A DNA stretch of 63,985 nucleotides, filler included, from Candidatus Hydrogenedentota bacterium (GCA_040752395.1; 5 parts of 5 records of this genome joined end to end with filler, not necessarily neighbours in it); one strand, 5' to 3'. Counted from the first letter of the whole stretch, positions 1 to 10,716 are shown. Notes: a model not told the origin generated them from the letters alone. A program made the numbers and translations.

Positions 1-105
1 CCTAAGTTTTTAAAGGAAACAGCTAAAAATGTCGATAATAATTTAGATTTATTACATAGCTTGATTGCGGTCCCGCTGTTATAGCTAATAGTAAGAGGGA
101 GGAGT

Positions 106-1251
106 ATGAAATATAAGTTTTCAATTATTATTTTGTTTTGTTTTATTTTTTCAGGAGCCTGGGTGATAACCGGCACTGTTGTTTCAGGACTTGAGTTTAA
201 TAATAAAGTAAATATAGATTCCAACGAATATGTAGCGATATCGAGTTTCAGTACCGAGATAGGTGCGAGTTACCAATACGACCCGATACTGAAAAAAATA
301 TCCATAAATTACAATAATCATTATTTTGTTATAATGCTTGATAAACGAGTATTTATTATAGATAGAGAAGAAATTATTTCAGGAGAAGAGTGTCTGAGAT
401 ATAATGATGGCCAATTTTATATTAACGTAGATACTGCAAAATATATTTACGATATTTTTACAGCAGATTTACAGAAACAAACCAAAGTAGAGGAGTCTTC
501 TGCGGTTGAGAAAAAAGAGCAAAGGACAAACAGCAAACTTAAAATTAATACTATCTGTTTAGATGCAGGTCATGGTGGTGATGACCCGGGCGCTATAAAT
601 CCCGCAGGATATTGCGAAAAATATTTTACTTTAAAAGTAGCGCTCGCTTTAAAAAACGAACTTTTACAAGTTCTTCCCAGTATAAATATAGTTACAACAC
701 GGGAAGATGATATAACAGTGCCACTTGAAAAAAGACCCCAAATCGCTTCAGCTAAAGGTGCTAATTTATATGTTAGTATCCATGCAAATTCTACAAAAAG
801 GGGGAACAAGAAATGGCAGGATGCAAGCGGTATCGAGAGCTATATATTCTCTTTAGAAGCAACCGATGCTGAGGCTGAGGCTTTAGCTGAACTTGAAAAT
901 GCTTCGCTTGAGACAACTGAAGAATTAACCCAGAGAGAATTAGTCCTTTTTGATTTAAGATTAAATGGAAATACAAGAGAATCCAATATCCTTGTTAATT
1001 ACATCCACAACGAGCTTATCAGTGTTATACCCCTCCCTGATAGAGGAATCAAGCGAGCAAGGTTCTATGTATTAAAGAAAATGGTTATTTATGACACACC
1101 ATCAGTGCTTCTTGAACTCGGATTTTTATGTAATAAAACAGATTATAAGTTAATGCTCGATGACTCATTTATAGAATTAAACGCTCAAGCAATTGCTAAG
1201 GGAATAAAAAAATACTTAGATGATTATAATCAACGCTACAATATTGAATGA
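106..1251 (+). CDS. N-acetylmuramoyl-L-alanine amidase (Amidase_3)
   Basis: Signal peptide; motifs LDAGHGGDDPGA, YVSIHAN and PSVLLELGF; GGAGG RBS. Confidence 0.93.
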   Translation: MKYKFSIIILFCFIFSGAWVITGTVVSGLEFNNKVNIDSNEYVAISSFSTEIGASYQYDPILKKISINYNNHYFVIMLDKRVFIIDREEIISGEECLRYNDGQFYINVDTAKYIYDIFTADLQKQTKVEESSAVEKKEQRTNSKLKINTICLDAGHGGDDPGAINPAGYCEKYFTLKVALALKNELLQVLPSINIVTTREDDITVPLEKRPQIASAKGANLYVSIHANSTKRGNKKWQDASGIESYIFSLEATDAEAEALAELENASLETTEELTQRELVLFDLRLNGNTRESNILVNYIHNELISVIPLPDRGIKRARFYVLKKMVIYDTPSVLLELGFLCNKTDYKLMLDDSFIELNAQAIAKGIKKYLDDYNQRYNIE

Positions 1252-1964
1252 TTGCTGATTATAAAATCACAAGTTTTAATAATTTAAAAATACTAAAGAT
1301 AAACAAAATAATAACCTATGATTATATAGAGCACGGAATAATACTTAAAAATGATATTATAAAGAATCCATTACAGATTAAAGAGTTGTTATCACCTGAT
1401 GCATTGATACATCTAAATCAGGTTCATTCTGATAAAGTTATATTTATTAAAGAAATAAAAAAACCAATCATGCAATTTACTGGTGATGGACTTATAACAG
1501 ATAAAATAAAAGTTTGTTTAATAGTAAAAACAGCTGATTGTTACCCGGTTTTTGTTATAGACAAAAAGAACAAATTAGTCGGGATTATTCATTGTGGCAG
1601 AAAGGGTATTTTAAACGAGATAATTTTGAAAACCATTAAGAACATAGGCATCTATGATACAGAAATTTATATAGGTCCGGGCATAGGGTTTGATTGTTAC
1701 AAAGTTAATAATGAGATAATTGATGGTTACAGAAAAAAAGAATATTATAATGCAAACAGGATAAGGGCACAGAATGGTGTGCCCCTACTTGATTTAAAAG
1801 GCATTATAATAGACCAGTTACTATATTCGGGTATCCATCATAAAAATATTTTTTATATAGATATATGTTCACATTGTAGAAGAGACCTGTTTTATTCCTT
1901 TCGTCAAGGTGATAAGAATGATTCCAGCCGAAACTATTCTTATATCTTTCGCAAAGACAGGTAA
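1248..1964 (+). CDS. pgeF: YfiH/PgeF-family (laccase-domain) protein
   Basis: Motifs LNQVHS, DGLIT, TADCYPV, IHCGRKG and FYSFR. Confidence 0.88.
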   Translation: MIADYKITSFNNLKILKINKIITYDYIEHGIILKNDIIKNPLQIKELLSPDALIHLNQVHSDKVIFIKEIKKPIMQFTGDGLITDKIKVCLIVKTADCYPVFVIDKKNKLVGIIHCGRKGILNEIILKTIKNIGIYDTEIYIGPGIGFDCYKVNNEIIDGYRKKEYYNANRIRAQNGVPLLDLKGIIIDQLLYSGIHHKNIFYIDICSHCRRDLFYSFRQGDKNDSSRNYSYIFRKDR

Positions 1965-2043
1965 TATCAAAAGCGTATGTTTCTAAATAAACATTTGCAA
2001 AACTATTTAATTTTTGATAAATTTATTATTACAGCAATCGGTA

Positions 2044-2267
2044 AAGGCACCTGCCTGCGCCGCACTCCGCCGCAGCAGGCAAGCAGAGGCACAGAGGCAC
2101 AAAGTATGAAAAGAGTCGTGAGTCGCAAGTCGTGAGTCAAAACAGGACTCGAGACTCAAGACTCAAGACTTTTCAGCAGGCTCTGGGCTTTTGGCTCCAG
2201 CCGGCTGTACTCCGTAGCCCGTAGCCTGTACCCCGAATTATTAGAGTTACAGCGTTTTTCAGAGGAG
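2044..2267 (+). repeat. Modular intergenic repeat copy R1 (GGCACARA, GAGTCGT/GACTCAA, GGCT/TAGCC arrays, cap)
   Basis: Near-identical blocks at 26146-26232 and in reverse within R12, R14 and R19; ends in CAGAGGAG 4 nt before the accD ATG. Confidence 0.92.
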
Positions 2268-2271
2268 TATT

Positions 2272-3135
2272 ATGACCTGGTTTAAAAGGATCAAACCCGA
2301 GGTAATAAACGTAAAACCTATTCAGAAGCTTGTGCCTGATGGCACCTGGCTGAAGTGTATTAAATGCAATGAAATGTATCCTGCAAAAGAGCTTGAAGAT
2401 AATTTGAATGTCTGTCCTTTATGCGGTTATCATAACAGAATAAAATCTTCTCAGTGGATAAAGGTACTGTGCGATAACGGTAGTTTTATATCGATGTTTG
2501 AGGAGATAGTTTCAGATGACCCGCTGGAATTTGTAGACAGTAAACCCTATACAAAGCGTATTGAAGAGTCAAAACAAAAAAGCAACGTATCAGATGCTAT
2601 TATTTGTGGTGAATCAAAAATCTGTAACCATCGGGTTAGTTTAGGGGTTATGGATTTCTTTTTTATGGGTGGTAGTATGGGGAGCGTAGTTGGTGAAAGG
2701 TTTTTAAGAATAGTTGAGTTCGCTATTCTTAACAGCCTACCTTTAATAACGGTTTCATCTTCAGGTGGTGCGCGGATGCAAGAAGGTTTGTTATCTCTTA
2801 TGCAATTAGCGCGCACATCAGCTGTTATATCGAGATTTCAAAAAGCTGGAGGCTTTTATATCTCAATAATGGCTGACCCTACGACAGGCGGTACCACCGC
2901 GAGCTTCGCATCATTAGGTGATATAATTTTAGCTGAACCAGGTGCCTTGATAGGTTTTGCAGGACCGCGTGTCATAGAACAGACGATAAGACAGAAATTA
3001 CCCCCAAAATTTCAGACCGCTGAATTTTTACAGGAACATGGTTTCGTTGATTGCGTTGTCGAAAGAAAAAAATTGAAGAAAACTATCCATTTGTTAATCC
3101 ATTCCTTTATCGAACATACACCACCTGATGAATAA
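2272..3135 (+). CDS. accD: Acetyl-CoA carboxylase carboxyltransferase beta subunit
   Basis: Zinc finger WLKC..C...CPLC; motifs FMGGSMGSVVGE, SGGARMQEG and GFAGPRVIEQ. Confidence 0.97.
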   Translation: MTWFKRIKPEVINVKPIQKLVPDGTWLKCIKCNEMYPAKELEDNLNVCPLCGYHNRIKSSQWIKVLCDNGSFISMFEEIVSDDPLEFVDSKPYTKRIEESKQKSNVSDAIICGESKICNHRVSLGVMDFFFMGGSMGSVVGERFLRIVEFAILNSLPLITVSSSGGARMQEGLLSLMQLARTSAVISRFQKAGGFYISIMADPTTGGTTASFASLGDIILAEPGALIGFAGPRVIEQTIRQKLPPKFQTAEFLQEHGFVDCVVERKKLKKTIHLLIHSFIEHTPPDE

Positions 3136-4339
3136 CTTTATATACCAATCATTATTAAAATCTTCATTATGTTATAGAATCAATCCCTCATTAAAGCAGA
3201 TTAAACGATTTATAAATAAAATAGCTAATCCACAGAATAGTTTAGATGCCTCCTGTATAATTGCTGGTACCAATGGTAAAGCATCTACATCTTATTCTTT
3301 ATATTTTCTTATGAGAAACATTGGATTAAATGTTGGCTTATATACTTCCCCACATATTTTTGATTTCAGGGAGAGAATTATTTACAATGATAGAAAGATT
3401 AAAGAACAGGAGATTAAAGATATATATAGAACATTATGTAGATTAAAAGAGTTTAATGAACTTACGTTTTATGAAAAGATGACTGCAATAAGTTTTATAT
3501 ATTTTAAAGAGATGAAGCCTGATTTCACAATATTCGAAGTCGGGATGGGCGGTCGCTGGGATGCTGTAAGAGTTATCCCCTCCAAAACCGTTTTTTTAGT
3601 CAATGTCTCTATAGACCATTTAGAATATCTGGGAAAAGACAGAAAAACTATCCTCCTGGATAAAGCTTTTATAACTCATAATAGAGAGGAGGCAATAATA
3701 GGGTTCAGGATGGACAGAAATAGTATTAAAAGTGAGAGATGTTATTGTTATGGTGAAGAATTCTATTTTAATAAAGATAATCAATTCATTTTATTTAGTG
3801 AAAAGACTGATTTTGGTTACCCGGAATATTTACCCCCATTATATAAAAGCGATGTCGCATCAGCATTATTTTATCTGACAAAAAATTTTAATAAAAGAGA
3901 CGTTGTTCGTAGTTTTAAAAAAACAGTATTTAAGTTTCCTGCACGCTTTGATTTTATTCGTACCAATGTTATCCTTGATATAGCTCATAACCCCGAGGCT
4001 TTTTTCTATCTTATGAAAGAGTTATTAAGCAGGTTCTCAGGTAATATTTCTGTTGTATTTGGTATCTGCAAGGATAAAGAGATAGAATTGATCTTGCCTA
4101 TCCTGAAACATAAACGTATAAAAGTCATTGTTTATGAGCCTGAGGCTTATGAAAGAACTTTGCAAAAAAAAGATTTGATAAAACTTCTTGAAAAATATAG
4201 GATATTATATTATGATAAAATATGTTTAAAAGAATTACGAAAAGAAGACTGTCTTTGTATTACAGGTTCAATAATGACTGTATCAAAGTTCTGCAGAGAA
4301 TACGGGTATAGTCCGAGCATATTCTGGAATGAGGGTTAA
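3128..4339 (+). CDS. folC: Folylpolyglutamate synthase/dihydrofolate synthase
   Basis: Motifs IAGTNGK, YTSPH, EVGMGGRWDA and LDIAHNP; accD-folC synteny. Confidence 0.9.
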   Translation: MNNFIYQSLLKSSLCYRINPSLKQIKRFINKIANPQNSLDASCIIAGTNGKASTSYSLYFLMRNIGLNVGLYTSPHIFDFRERIIYNDRKIKEQEIKDIYRTLCRLKEFNELTFYEKMTAISFIYFKEMKPDFTIFEVGMGGRWDAVRVIPSKTVFLVNVSIDHLEYLGKDRKTILLDKAFITHNREEAIIGFRMDRNSIKSERCYCYGEEFYFNKDNQFILFSEKTDFGYPEYLPPLYKSDVASALFYLTKNFNKRDVVRSFKKTVFKFPARFDFIRTNVILDIAHNPEAFFYLMKELLSRFSGNISVVFGICKDKEIELILPILKHKRIKVIVYEPEAYERTLQKKDLIKLLEKYRILYYDKICLKELRKEDCLCITGSIMTVSKFCREYGYSPSIFWNEG

Positions 4340-4418
4340 TCGAAATGCCGAAAAACAACCACTTGCTAATAAACAATTGGTTCAGGGACAAGAAACAAGA
4401 TAAGGAGAAAATTTTCAA

Positions 4419-5294
4419 ATGAGCAAAGAACGCAGCGCAGTTGAAGTAATAAGATGTATAGATAAGATGCCGACGTTATCTACAACAGCAGGTAAAGTTG
4501 TTCAGATAGCAAATGACCCTGCAACTGACGCACGTCAGGTATCAAAAGTGATACAGATGGACCCTGTTTTAACAGGAAGGGTGCTGAGACTATTGAACTC
4601 AGCTTATTTTGCGTTACCCGAAAAAATATCTTCGGTTACACGTGCTATTGTTATGCTTGGCTTAAACACAGTTAAAAATCTTGCTTTATCTACATCGATA
4701 CTTACGAATTTTCCGCCACCTGAGGTTAAAACAAATTTTGATACTAATCTATTCTGGGAACATTCAGTCGGCTCTGGTGTTGCCTCAAAGCTTCTTGCAA
4801 ATAAACTTGGGATGGATCGGAATGCGCTTGAGGAGTTCTTTGTAGCAGGGTTATTACATGACACTGGTAAACTTGTTTTTAATCAGTTTTTATCAAAAGA
4901 ATTCAGTATGGTCTTAAAGCTGGTTGAGGAAAAGGCTTTAAGTATCAGCGAAGCAGAAACAATGGTAATTGGTATGACGCATTCTGAGGCAGGAAAATTA
5001 CTTGGAGAGAAGTGGAATTTACCGAACCCTATACTTGATGTTATCAGGTATCATCATGACCCATATAATGCAGAAATAAAATATCAAAGAGTTACGAGGG
5101 TTGTTCATCTCGGTGATATCTTATGCAAATCCAAAAATATCGGTTACAGCGGCGATAAAGTCATTACCAATCTTGATTTACGGGTAATGGAAGATTTAAA
5201 AATTACAAAAAACGACCTTGAAGGGATTCTTGGCGAATTAAAACAGGAAGTAGAAAAAGCAAGTCTATTTATAAAAGAGGCACAGAAAAAGTGA
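4419..5294 (+). CDS. HDOD domain protein
   Basis: Motifs DPVLTGRVLRLLNSAYF, FWEHS, GLLHDTGK and WNLP...YHH. Confidence 0.92.
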   Translation: MSKERSAVEVIRCIDKMPTLSTTAGKVVQIANDPATDARQVSKVIQMDPVLTGRVLRLLNSAYFALPEKISSVTRAIVMLGLNTVKNLALSTSILTNFPPPEVKTNFDTNLFWEHSVGSGVASKLLANKLGMDRNALEEFFVAGLLHDTGKLVFNQFLSKEFSMVLKLVEEKALSISEAETMVIGMTHSEAGKLLGEKWNLPNPILDVIRYHHDPYNAEIKYQRVTRVVHLGDILCKSKNIGYSGDKVITNLDLRVMEDLKITKNDLEGILGELKQEVEKASLFIKEAQKK

Positions 5295-6196
5295 GAGTAA
5301 GATTCTGGGGTGTAAGAGGGTCTATACCAACTCCCGGACCTAATACTATTCGATACGGCGGAAATACGCCCTGTATTGAGGTAAGGACTAATGACAGCAG
5401 GTTGTTCATACTCGAGGCAGGTACAGGACTTCGGGAGTTGGGAAATAGTTTAATTAAAGAAAAGAAGAACATTAATGCAGCTATACTTTTATCACATACC
5501 CATTGGGACCACATACATGGTTTCCCTTTTTTTATACCGATCTATATAATAGGGAATAAATTTGATATCTATGGACCCTGGAGTATAGATGCTGATTTAC
5601 AGAGTATTGTTGCAGGCCAGATGACATTCCAGTATTTCCCTGTGAAACTCGAGCATGTTATGGCTACTTTAGAGTTTCACGAGTTAAAAGCCGGTTCTTA
5701 TAATATTCAGGATGCTTCTGTTACCGTAAAATATATGAACCATCCTGTCCCTACTATCGGTTATAGAATTTTTGTTGACGATACTGTTCTGGTATATTCT
5801 GGAGACAATGAATCGGTTCAGAATATATTTAAAAAAGATAGTGATATTGAAACTAACGAAGAAGATATAATAATGAAGGAGGCTGAGCAAGCGGTGATAG
5901 AAGCTCACAAGGAGATGGTCGCTTTTGCTAAAGATGCTGATATGCTTATATATGATGCTCAATACACAAAAGATGAGTATCAATCAAAGAAAGGGTGGGG
6001 TCATTCTACTTTTGAGGATGCTATAGAAATAGCAAGAGAAGCTAATGTAAGGAGGCTCGTATTTTTCCATCACGACCCTTCAAGAAAAGACGAGGAATTA
6101 GAAAGAATTTTATTAAAACATAAAAGAGAGCTTGAAAAAGAAAAGTCTCCATTACTTCTTTTAGCTGCTCAAGAAGGTATGGAACTCGAAATTTAG
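5291..6196 (+). CDS. MBL-fold metallo-hydrolase
   Basis: Motifs FWGVRGSIP, YGGNTPC, LSHTHWDHIHG, GWGHS and FHHDP; GTG start. Confidence 0.92.
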   Translation: MRVRFWGVRGSIPTPGPNTIRYGGNTPCIEVRTNDSRLFILEAGTGLRELGNSLIKEKKNINAAILLSHTHWDHIHGFPFFIPIYIIGNKFDIYGPWSIDADLQSIVAGQMTFQYFPVKLEHVMATLEFHELKAGSYNIQDASVTVKYMNHPVPTIGYRIFVDDTVLVYSGDNESVQNIFKKDSDIETNEEDIIMKEAEQAVIEAHKEMVAFAKDADMLIYDAQYTKDEYQSKKGWGHSTFEDAIEIAREANVRRLVFFHHDPSRKDEELERILLKHKRELEKEKSPLLLLAAQEGMELEI

Positions 6197-6217
6197 ATGT
6201 AACACATCAGTTATAAT

Positions 6218-6412
6218 AAGATAACGAAAGAAGCAAGAAGCAAGAAGTAAGCACAGAGTAGTGAGGGTCACAAGACCCGTAGTATAGCCGGGTTTACCCA
6301 TCCATAGATAGGCACAGAGGCACAAAGGCACAAAGTATGAAAAACTAATATCTTGCTTCTTGCTTCTTGCTTCTACTTGATATTATTATAGTTACAATGT
6401 TTTTCAGAGGAG
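6218..6412 (+). repeat. Modular repeat copy R2 (AAGAAGC arm, GGCACARA x3, TTGCTTC x3, cap)
   Basis: 6311-6412 matches 7720-7821 at 101 of 102 positions. Confidence 0.92.
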
Positions 6413-6421
6413 AGGGGAGAC

Positions 6422-7696
6422 TTGAGAGTTTTTATAGAAAAAATAGTTCATGGCGGATTTGGGCTTGCAAGAACTGAAAAAGAGGGTGTTATTTTTGTAC
6501 CATATACTTTGGCAGGCGAAGTGGTAGAAGTCGAGTTAATGGATATTAATAAAAATAATCTTAAACTTGCCAAACCACTTAGTTTTAACGTTAAATCAGA
6601 CTCAAGAATTGAACCTGAGTGCAGATATTTTAAAGAGTGCGGTGGATGTCATTTCCAGCATATGGATTATAAATCTCAAAAACTGGCTAAATTCTCCATA
6701 CTCGATGATTGTTTAAAAAGAATAGGAAAAATTGATTATGATAAATATGAGTGGGTAGATGCAATGGATAAGTTTGGATATAGAAATAATTTTCAGTTTA
6801 AAGTAGACGAAAATGGGCATCTTGGTTTTTATAAAATGTTCTCCAATGATATAGTTCCCGTTGATAAATGTTTATTAGCAAACGAGAATGTGAATAAAGT
6901 TATTAAAATACTTAATAATTTATTAAGTAACGATAATAGACCCGATGAGATTGATATAAGAGTTTCACCACAAAATGAAATCTATCTTATTTTCAAATTT
7001 GAAAAAAATAAAATGAAGCAGCAAATGAATTCTATTTTGAAAAATATTGAGCACGTTGCTGGAATAAAGGTGGTAAATATCAATAATGATAGAGAAGAAA
7101 GCAGCTTTTACTATAGCGATGCTATGCAATTTGATATATCTGAGTATAAAATGGTGGTATCGTATGACTCTTTCTTTCAGATAAATTATAAAGTACTTAA
7201 TAAAATCGCTGGCTTAATTAATGATCTTATAAATTCTATCAAAGAATTACCATCAATAATGATTGAGCTTTATGGCGGTGTAGGTACTTTTAGTATATTA
7301 AACTTTTATAAAAAATTTGATTTCGTAATAATGATAGAGGAGAGTCATAAGAGTTGTGATAATGCACTGACTAATCTTGAATCAAATGACATAGGGAATG
7401 TTTCAGTATGGAATGTTGATGTTGAGACAGGACTTGCACGAATAATGAGACAGGATTTGGATTCTGTCTTTATTTTTATGGACCCGCCACGTACAGGACT
7501 GACACAACCAGTTATAAAGAGCATCCTGAGACAAAAACCTGAGTGGATTTTATCATTATCTTGTGAACCTTCTACTTTTGCACGTGATTTATCTTTTCTT
7601 GTTAAAGAATATGAGATAGTAAAAATGTATGTTATTGATATGTTTCCGCAGACAAGTCATATGGAAACATTAACGTTATTAAAGAGAAGTTGTTGA
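6422..7696 (+). CDS. rlmD: 23S rRNA (uracil-5)-methyltransferase, RlmD/TrmA family
   Basis: TRAM-like N-terminus; Fe-S motif CRYFKECGGC; motifs FFQIN, DPPRTG, SCEPSTFARD and DMFPQTSHME; TTG start. Confidence 0.9.
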   Translation: MRVFIEKIVHGGFGLARTEKEGVIFVPYTLAGEVVEVELMDINKNNLKLAKPLSFNVKSDSRIEPECRYFKECGGCHFQHMDYKSQKLAKFSILDDCLKRIGKIDYDKYEWVDAMDKFGYRNNFQFKVDENGHLGFYKMFSNDIVPVDKCLLANENVNKVIKILNNLLSNDNRPDEIDIRVSPQNEIYLIFKFEKNKMKQQMNSILKNIEHVAGIKVVNINNDREESSFYYSDAMQFDISEYKMVVSYDSFFQINYKVLNKIAGLINDLINSIKELPSIMIELYGGVGTFSILNFYKKFDFVIMIEESHKSCDNALTNLESNDIGNVSVWNVDVETGLARIMRQDLDSVFIFMDPPRTGLTQPVIKSILRQKPEWILSLSCEPSTFARDLSFLVKEYEIVKMYVIDMFPQTSHMETLTLLKRSC

Positions 7697-7821
7697 AAGA
7701 TTGAAAGATTCAAAGGAAAGGCACAGAGGCACAGAGGCACAAAGTATGAAAAACTAATATCTTGCTTCTTGCTTCTTGCTTCTACTTGATATTATTATAG
7801 TTACAATGTTTTTCAGAGGAG
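7693..7821 (+). repeat. Modular repeat copy R3 (AAGATTGA, GGCACARA, TTGCTTC, cap)
   Basis: Direct repeat of R2. Confidence 0.92.
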
Positions 7822-9216
7822 ATGATACGAAGTGTGGCTATGAGTAAGATACTCATTGTTGATGATAATCTTGAACACGCACAGGTTATAGCTGAAGCAC
7901 TTGGCAAAAGCGGCTGGACTGTTAAACTTGCAACATCAGATTTCCAGGCATTCAAAATATTGGATAGTGATAATGAAATAGCGTTGGTTATAACTGATTT
8001 AAAACTATCAGGACATTATGATGGTATAGCTCTTATGGAAGAAGCAAGAAAGAGGTATCCGTTTCTTGAATTCCTTGTTATCACAGGCTATGCTACGGTT
8101 GAAAATGCTGTTTTAGCAATGAAAAAGGGTGCATACGATTATCTCACCAAACCATTAAATCTTGACGAACTCAGACTCGTCGTATCGCGCGCAATGGAGA
8201 AACAGGAGATACTACTCCAGAATATTGAGTTAAAACAATACATAGAAGAAAAATACGGGCTTGAGAATATTATAGGTCGATCTGAGTCTATGTTAAAAGT
8301 TTTTAAAATAGCAAAACAGGTTGCACCTACCAACGCCAATGTTCTTATAGAAGGAGAATCAGGCACAGGCAAAGAACTGATTGCAAAGGCGATACACCAG
8401 TACTCACCACGTAAAAACAGGCTTTTTGTAGCACTTAATTGTGCTGCTATCTCTGAGGGAATCCTTGAAAGCGAGTTATTTGGTCATGAAAAAGGTGCAT
8501 TCACAGGCGCAATACAACGTAGAATAGGCAAATTTGAAGTTGCAAGCGGCGGAACGCTTTTTCTTGACGAAGTAGGTGATATGCCAGAGCAGACACAGGT
8601 GAAACTATTAAGGGTTATTGAGGAAAGGGTTATAGAAAGGGTAGGGGGTAATCTGCCCATAACTGTTGACGTTAGAATTATCGCAGCTACAAACCAGAAC
8701 CTTGAAAAACTTGTCCGCGACGGAAAATTCAGAGAAGATTTGTATTTCAGATTAAAAGTTGTAACCATCGTTATCCCACCTTTAAGAGAAAGAAAAAAGG
8801 ATATACTACTTCTTGTAGATTACTTTATAAAGCAGTTATCAAAAGCTCATAAAAAAGATGTTACAGGCATCTCAAAAGATGCTTTAGACATCTTCATTAG
8901 ATACGATTGGCCAGGTAATGTAAGACAACTCAAAAACATTCTTGAAAGTATGATCGTTATAGCACAGAAAGATATCCTTGATAAAGAGCTTATCCCTGAA
9001 GAAATTCTTGGTGATAATGTTATTAAACCTGATAAAAAATATTTACAGAACTTTTTCGGAATGAAACTTGAGGATGTTGAAAGATGCCTTATCCTTAATA
9101 CACTAAAAGAAACTAATGACAACAAGAAAGAAACAGCCTCTTTACTTGGTATAAGCGAGAGAACACTATATAGAAAACTTAAAGAATATTCAATAAAAGG
9201 CGGTGACACATCATAG
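7822..9216 (+). CDS. Sigma-54-dependent response regulator (REC-AAA+-Fis HTH); start may be 7840
   Basis: Receiver ILIVDD; motifs GESGTGKE, GAFTGA and WPGNVRQL; C-terminal HTH. Confidence 0.95.
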   Translation: MIRSVAMSKILIVDDNLEHAQVIAEALGKSGWTVKLATSDFQAFKILDSDNEIALVITDLKLSGHYDGIALMEEARKRYPFLEFLVITGYATVENAVLAMKKGAYDYLTKPLNLDELRLVVSRAMEKQEILLQNIELKQYIEEKYGLENIIGRSESMLKVFKIAKQVAPTNANVLIEGESGTGKELIAKAIHQYSPRKNRLFVALNCAAISEGILESELFGHEKGAFTGAIQRRIGKFEVASGGTLFLDEVGDMPEQTQVKLLRVIEERVIERVGGNLPITVDVRIIAATNQNLEKLVRDGKFREDLYFRLKVVTIVIPPLRERKKDILLLVDYFIKQLSKAHKKDVTGISKDALDIFIRYDWPGNVRQLKNILESMIVIAQKDILDKELIPEEILGDNVIKPDKKYLQNFFGMKLEDVERCLILNTLKETNDNKKETASLLGISERTLYRKLKEYSIKGGDTS

Positions 9217-9255
9217 CGTTATTGCGTGATTGAGTGTTTGGTGTTCGGTGTCTTT

Positions 9256-10716
9256 ATGAAAGCTAAGTATTTTTTCTTTTCAATTGTTTTAATTATAACA
9301 GGGATTGTTATAGGTACGGCTCTGACCGTATCTTTTGATAGAGATTACCAGAGTTTAGGAACCGAGATAGGCAGAATTGATGAAGAAAAGGTAAAACCAG
9401 CTATATCTTTGAGCAAGGCGTTTACCGAGGTAGCTGATAATTGTAGACCCGCGGTTATTTATATATTCAGTGAAAAGATTATAAGACGAAGATCACTCAA
9501 TCCCTTTATTGACGAATTTTTTGGAGATATTTTAGGTGAAGATTTTCTCGAAAAATATTATGGCATCCCACAGGAACGCAAAAGTGTCTCGCTTGGAACC
9601 GGCTTTATTGTTAGAGAAGATGGCATCGTTTTGACCAATACTCATGTCATTGAAGGAGCTGATAAGATATTTATAAAAATAGATGAAAGTGAAGAATATG
9701 AAGCAAAACTGATAGGGGAGGACAGAGGCACTGATATAGCTGTTTTAAAAATAAACTCTGATAAAAAATTTAAATATCTAAGACTTGGAGACTCTGATAA
9801 ACTTAAAGTGGGTGAATGGGTTATCGCTATAGGAAACCCATTCGGATTAACAAGAACAGTTACTGCTGGCATCGTGAGTGCGCTCGGACGCGGAGATGTA
9901 ACTAATACTGAATACGAAGACTACATACAGACCGATGCAAGTATTAACCCAGGTAACTCAGGTGGCCCATTAATCAATTTAAAAGCGGAAGTCATAGGAA
10001 TGAATGCAGCTATCTATTCTACATCGGGCGGTAATATTGGTATCGGATTTGCAATACCTTCTAATCTCTTGAAAAAAATTATGGAAGATTTACTTGATGA
10101 TGGCATTGTTGACAGAGGATGGCTTGGGATTTATGTTCAGAACCTCAATGAAGGCATCGCAGAAAAATTAGGTATAAATGGAGTAAAAGGTGTTATAATA
10201 ACAGATATTAAAAAAGAGAGCCCATCTTTTAAAGCAGGACTTAAAAAGGGTGATGTCATAACAGCTATCGATAATAAAAAGATAGAAAATTATAAAGATT
10301 TAGCTGATGTCCTGGCACAGATACCGGTAAATAAAACTGTTCCCGCAGAGATTATAAGAGATGGAAAGAAAATGACTATCAATATATATCTTGCATCAAG
10401 ATACAAGAACCGAGAAGGCGGGAAACACTCTATTGAAAATCTTGGGTTAACAGTTAAGAGCATCTCCAGGACGGTTTTAAGAAGATTAAAAATATACGGC
10501 ATCAGTGGCGGAATCATTGTTGAAGACGTTAGAGAAAATACCACTGCTTTTAAAAGTGGGATTAAAATAAACGATATTATCATAGAGATAAATGAGCAGA
10601 GCATTACTGATACAGAATCTTTTATTGAAGTTTTATCACAAATAAGTGATAGAGAACCGTTACGATTTACCATTATTCGTAATGGAAAAATATTTTATAG
10701 ATACATAAATGATTGA
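9256..10716 (+). CDS. HtrA/DegP/DegQ serine protease with two PDZ domains
   Basis: Motifs LTNTHVI, DIAVLK and INPGNSGGPL; ATG at 9256 preferred because the upstream GTG extension lies in short repeats. Confidence 0.95.
   Translation: MKAKYFFFSIVLIITGIVIGTALTVSFDRDYQSLGTEIGRIDEEKVKPAISLSKAFTEVADNCRPAVIYIFSEKIIRRRSLNPFIDEFFGDILGEDFLEKYYGIPQERKSVSLGTGFIVREDGIVLTNTHVIEGADKIFIKIDESEEYEAKLIGEDRGTDIAVLKINSDKKFKYLRLGDSDKLKVGEWVIAIGNPFGLTRTVTAGIVSALGRGDVTNTEYEDYIQTDASINPGNSGGPLINLKAEVIGMNAAIYSTSGGNIGIGFAIPSNLLKKIMEDLLDDGIVDRGWLGIYVQNLNEGIAEKLGINGVKGVIITDIKKESPSFKAGLKKGDVITAIDNKKIENYKDLADVLAQIPVNKTVPAEIIRDGKKMTINIYLASRYKNREGGKHSIENLGLTVKSISRTVLRRLKIYGISGGIIVEDVRENTTAFKSGIKINDIIIEINEQSITDTESFIEVLSQISDREPLRFTIIRNGKIFYRYIND

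Noticed and set aside
6377..6398. TTGATA...TACAAT in the cap as a canonical -35/-10 promoter
   Set aside because: The spacing is only 10 nt; only an extended -10 reading remains plausible.
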